From the NCBI GenBank assembly GCA_048940925.1, contig JBHLOC010000014.1:15184-79183 (forward strand): a DNA stretch of 64,000 nucleotides. The letters are read 5' to 3'. The number at the start of each line of letters is the position of its first letter. Within the stretch, counting starts at the first letter, position 1. The notes beneath the pieces are model-generated. The model was not told the origin of the DNA. It worked only from the letters and a program-made list of their open reading frames with translations, and made no database searches. This DNA is from Promethearchaeota archaeon. Its GTDB lineage: Archaea > Asgardarchaeota > Lokiarchaeia > Sigyniarchaeales > SOKP01. Of this stretch, positions 60,666-64,000 are shown in pieces. The position numbers were made by a program, and so were the translations under genes.

Positions 60666-61793
60666 ATGCCCGAAGATAAAGAAAAAGTGGAAGACTTTAT
60701 TAGTCTCTGGAGAAAAAAAATGGAGACTGAAATAAAAAAACCAAGTGCTATTGCAGAAACTTTAGATAGAATGAAAGAAGTAGAGAAAGAAAATGAAGAT
60801 TTAAGAAGTAAAATTAAACAGAACATAGAATTAATTACTAAAACGGAACAAGTTGTAAAACAAACTCTTGAAGAAAACGAGAGACTAAAGGAAGAAGTAA
60901 ATAAAGCAGAGACAGTTAGTAAAAAAGATGTACGTAAAATTCAGCAAGAAAATTTAGAGCTTAATAACAAAATAAAAAGCATAACAAATAGTTTAATCGA
61001 AAAAGATGTACAAATAAAAACAAAAGATAAAGAATTAGAATTATTACAGAATAATATAAGTGATCTTTCAAAGCAACTCGAATCAATAACTAGCTCTATT
61101 CCTGAAAAAGAAGAAGGTGAAAACCAAGCATTAATAGAAGAATTAAAATCTGAACTTACAAAAAGAAAGTCTCAGATTAATGAGCTCATGCAAAAAATTG
61201 AAAATCTAACTACAGAGAATGAGTCTTTAAATGAAATGTTAATTGAAAAAGAAAAAACACAACAGGTAGATTATGTGGTTCCTGTTGATACCTCAAAAAC
61301 TGCTGTGATAAAGCCTATACCTTCACAGACTTCTTCACAAACATTAGAAATACTCTGCCAAGACCTTCAAGCAGATTTAAATAAATATAAGAGAATTATT
61401 GATAAAATGACTCGAGAAAAAACTGAACTTCAAGAGACAATTGAGAGTGGCGGCTTTCAGTTGGAACCTGCGGAATTTAAAGAGTTAAAAAAAGAAAATG
61501 AGGAGCTAAAATCAGAGCTTTCAAATTTACAAGCAAGTATTCAAACTACAATTGAGAAAACCCAACCACCATTTTCAGTTGAAATATATGAAGATCAAAT
61601 TAAAGAACTTCAAGAGCAAATAAAGGAAAGAGATCTCTTAATAACTGAATTAAGGTCATCTCAATCATCTCAAATTAAGGTCCCTTCTGGTCCAGTGTCT
61701 AATTTAGTTGAAGAATTGCAAAGCAGGATAAATAAATTAAAAATTTCACTAGATGAAAAGAATAAAATTATTGAAGACTTAAAATCATCCTAA
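60666..61793 (+). CDS. Long coiled-coil protein
   Basis: E/K/L/Q-rich heptads broken by short Pro-containing linkers. Confidence 0.75.
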   Translation: MPEDKEKVEDFISLWRKKMETEIKKPSAIAETLDRMKEVEKENEDLRSKIKQNIELITKTEQVVKQTLEENERLKEEVNKAETVSKKDVRKIQQENLELNNKIKSITNSLIEKDVQIKTKDKELELLQNNISDLSKQLESITSSIPEKEEGENQALIEELKSELTKRKSQINELMQKIENLTTENESLNEMLIEKEKTQQVDYVVPVDTSKTAVIKPIPSQTSSQTLEILCQDLQADLNKYKRIIDKMTREKTELQETIESGGFQLEPAEFKELKKENEELKSELSNLQASIQTTIEKTQPPFSVEIYEDQIKELQEQIKERDLLITELRSSQSSQIKVPSGPVSNLVEELQSRINKLKISLDEKNKIIEDLKSS

Positions 61794-62768
61794 ATGAATA
61801 AACAAAAAATAAACTTATTTTTCGCTGGACATTTTGCAGTGGATAATATAATACGATTTAAACGAATACACAAACCTAGTTTAGGTGGTAGTGTATCATA
61901 TTGTTCATTAGCATTAAGTAAATACACTCAAGATGCTAAAATTAGCATAATTTCACATATAGGTAAACAAAATTTTAATCACAATTTATTAAATAAAATT
62001 AAAACCAAAAAAATCGATTTAAAAGGAATAAAATATTCTAATGTAAAGAATACGAATTTTGTATTAGATTATTTTGATCATGGAAGAATTTTAACTCTTA
62101 AATCAAGGAGCCCTAATCTACAATTTGATGATATTCCGTCAGAATATTTTAATCATCCTCCAGACGTATTTGTACTTGTTCCTTTATGTAATGAAATTTC
62201 TCTCGAATATATATCTCAAATTTTGAAAAATTTCCCTGAAGTATATATTGCTATAGATTTACAAGGCTTTATTAGAAAAATTGATGATCTTGGAAAAGTA
62301 TCGTATATTTATGATGAAGAGATTATCTCGAATATAAAAAAAATTGTTACTTTAATTGGAGATAGAGTAATATTAAAAGGTTCAGAGGAAGAAATGAAAT
62401 TACTTGCGGAAGAAAGTGATAATTATGAAAAAGTTATGACATATTTTAAGCAATATGATAATAATGGAATATATATTATGACTATGGGAGAAAAAGGGTC
62501 TATGCTTATTAAAAAAGGAAATTTGATTTTAAAAATACCTGCTTTTAAAGCAAGAAGGGTAGTAGATGAAACTGGGGCTGGGGATGTATACTTCTCTATA
62601 TTTTTGTATGAATTTATTCAATCCGACAAATCATGGAAATCCATTGAACATGCTGCTTATTTAGCCTCATCAGCTGCCTCTTTCTTAGTGGAAAAAAAAG
62701 GACCAGCAGGCTTCGAAGCTAAAAATAAAGTTGTAAAAAGAATGAAAAAACAAAAATATATTAATTAA
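61794..62768 (+). CDS. PfkB/ribokinase-family kinase
   Basis: GHFAVD, LGGSVSY, DLQG, TMGEKGS, DETGAGDVY. Confidence 0.9.
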   Translation: MNKQKINLFFAGHFAVDNIIRFKRIHKPSLGGSVSYCSLALSKYTQDAKISIISHIGKQNFNHNLLNKIKTKKIDLKGIKYSNVKNTNFVLDYFDHGRILTLKSRSPNLQFDDIPSEYFNHPPDVFVLVPLCNEISLEYISQILKNFPEVYIAIDLQGFIRKIDDLGKVSYIYDEEIISNIKKIVTLIGDRVILKGSEEEMKLLAEESDNYEKVMTYFKQYDNNGIYIMTMGEKGSMLIKKGNLILKIPAFKARRVVDETGAGDVYFSIFLYEFIQSDKSWKSIEHAAYLASSAASFLVEKKGPAGFEAKNKVVKRMKKQKYIN

Positions 62769-62791
62769 TCCCTGTTTTCAAACGATATAAT

Positions 62792-63382
62792 ATGCACATA
62801 AATAGTCATTTTGCTATTGGAGTTATTTTCACTTCAATATTAAACTATTTTTTTGAATTTAATTTTTTTGAATTTTCGTTTATCATTTTATTCTCATTTA
62901 TTTGTGATTTTGATGTATTCCTTTCTAAATTTGCAAAAGATCATAATCATAGGATGTTAATTACTCACTCAGTAATTCCAAGCTTATTACTCTTAATTCT
63001 AGGCATTCTAATCAATTGGATACCATTAATTTTAGGAGGGATCTCATATCTAATTCACATATTTATTGATGCTTTGGATTGGGGTACAAATATTTTTTAT
63101 TTCCAAAAGAAACAGGTGGGATTTAAACTTCTAATTTCTAAGGAAGAATTTGAAAATCTTCCTGAATATTTATCAAACTACAAGAATCCCAATTCGTTTT
63201 TTGATGAGAAATATTATAAGAATAAAGTCTGTATAGGAATTGAAATCACCCTTTTTATTCTTATGATATTAATTGGAATGATTTTTGCATTTCAATATAT
63301 ACTTATAACTCTTTTATATATTCCATTTGCTTGGCTACACATATCTCGACATTATCAACTGAAAAAACTTGAAGCGAGATAA
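62792..63382 (+). CDS. Membrane-bound metal-dependent hydrolase (YdjM-like)
   Basis: H..SH, CDFD, HRMLITHS, HIFID motifs with TM helices. Confidence 0.78.
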   Translation: MHINSHFAIGVIFTSILNYFFEFNFFEFSFIILFSFICDFDVFLSKFAKDHNHRMLITHSVIPSLLLLILGILINWIPLILGGISYLIHIFIDALDWGTNIFYFQKKQVGFKLLISKEEFENLPEYLSNYKNPNSFFDEKYYKNKVCIGIEITLFILMILIGMIFAFQYILITLLYIPFAWLHISRHYQLKKLEAR

Positions 63383-63400
63383 AAAAAAAAAATTAGAATT

Positions 63401-64000
63401 CTAACTTCTATATTTATATTTTTTTTGTAAAACAATTAAAGAGGTTAGAAATATTATTCCAATAATTATGTAGATATAGTATCCAGAAATAGTGGTGCTA
63501 GAGCCTTTTTTACATACATTATCTTCAAAAATATTTCCCTCACAATTGTATTCATAAATGCACTTCCCATTTCCTAATAAATTATTATCCTTGATTAAAG
63601 TATAATTAGCTCCTGATAAATATATCCCGTATTGATTGTTACTATTAATTATATTCTCTGAAATAGTATTGTTAATACTAGAGCTTAAACGAATCCCCCA
63701 TACATTTTCGTTTATTGCATTTTCTAAGATTTCAGTTTGATTACATTCAAGTGCATAGATTCCCTCATTTGTGTTATTCTTCATTGTATTTTGAATTATT
63801 TTGGTAGTATTAATCTTTTGAATGTCAAAACCCTTAACATTGTTACTAGCAGTATTATTCTTGCAAAGAATATTACTACTAGAGCTTATTTGCAAGCCAC
63901 CATACCCATTATTGTTTAAAACATTATCAGATAAAGTGATATTTGTGCTATAACTTATCTCTATTCCTAGATGTCCACTATTAGTAATAGTATTTTCAGA
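63401..64000 (-). CDS. 3' part of a surface protein with parallel beta-helix (NosD/CASH-like) repeats and C-terminal membrane anchor (truncated by window edge)
   Basis: Frame is open to base 64000 (SENTITNSGHLGIEISYSTNITLSDNVLNNNGYGGLQ...); N-rich repeats; C-terminal ISGY + TM + basic tail. Confidence 0.85.
   Translation of the reverse strand, partial: SENTITNSGHLGIEISYSTNITLSDNVLNNNGYGGLQISSSSNILCKNNTASNNVKGFDIQKINTTKIIQNTMKNNTNEGIYALECNQTEILENAINENVWGIRLSSSINNTISENIINSNNQYGIYLSGANYTLIKDNNLLGNGKCIYEYNCEGNIFEDNVCKKGSSTTISGYYIYIIIGIIFLTSLIVLQKKYKYRS

Noticed and set aside
1329-63919. Many short antisense or alternate-frame ORFs inside well-supported genes (e.g. 3441..3719, 17389..17697, 21998..22297, 38115..38426, 48071..48448)
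   Set aside because: They overlap motif-supported CDSs and have no recognisable motifs of their own.
1-64000. Selenocysteine/pyrrolysine recoding, tRNA, rRNA, IS elements
   Set aside because: No gene interrupted by an in-frame TGA/TAG with continuing homology (apart from the decayed relic), and no cloverleaf, rRNA-like segment or transposase seen by eye; a covariance-model search was not possible.

Overview
AT-rich (roughly 30% GC by eye), gene-dense archaeal chromosome segment. TBP, aIF1/SUI1, tRNA-splicing endonuclease, an A/V-type ATPase, many zinc-ribbon proteins, GGTGA-type Shine-Dalgarno (SD) sites and a C-terminally anchored beta-helix surface protein point to an archaeon, most plausibly Asgard/Lokiarchaeia (inference). 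Contents in order: an RGG-repeat membrane protein; purL-purQ-purS-purC; an FGGY kinase / CCG Fe-S protein / alkyl-DHAP-synthase-like flavoprotein operon; an amino-sugar cluster (glmM, Gfo/Idh/MocA, DegT, glmS, glmU-like); a GH13 hydrolase; a small gene-expression cassette (zinc finger, TBP paralog, TFS/RpoM N-ribbon-only protein, aIF1, HTH); a B12-binding enzyme plus opine dehydrogenase facing a run of 2-hydroxyacyl-CoA-dehydratase-like genes with activase, gamma-glutamyl ligase, cyclotransferase, class I amidotransferase and IMPase; a VIT1-like pair with DUF47; a rearranged A/V-ATPase operon (K-C-H-F-E-A-B-D-I) followed by a second A subunit with GER changed to GEP; two USPs, endA, MEMO1 and a PfkB kinase. 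Main signals not shown by the ORF track: (1) non-canonical start codons behind good SD sites (ACG for atpC, ATA for atpD, ATA/TTT for atpE, ATT for the HTH gene and possibly aIF1); (2) the probably impaired second ATPase A subunit; (3) the gamma-glutamyl/dehydratase and B12/opine modules; (4) a long hairpin upstream of the B12 gene; (5) a pseudogene relic in an intergenic gap. No rRNA, tRNA, CRISPR array or transposase was recognised. All family calls are by motif recognition, without database searches.
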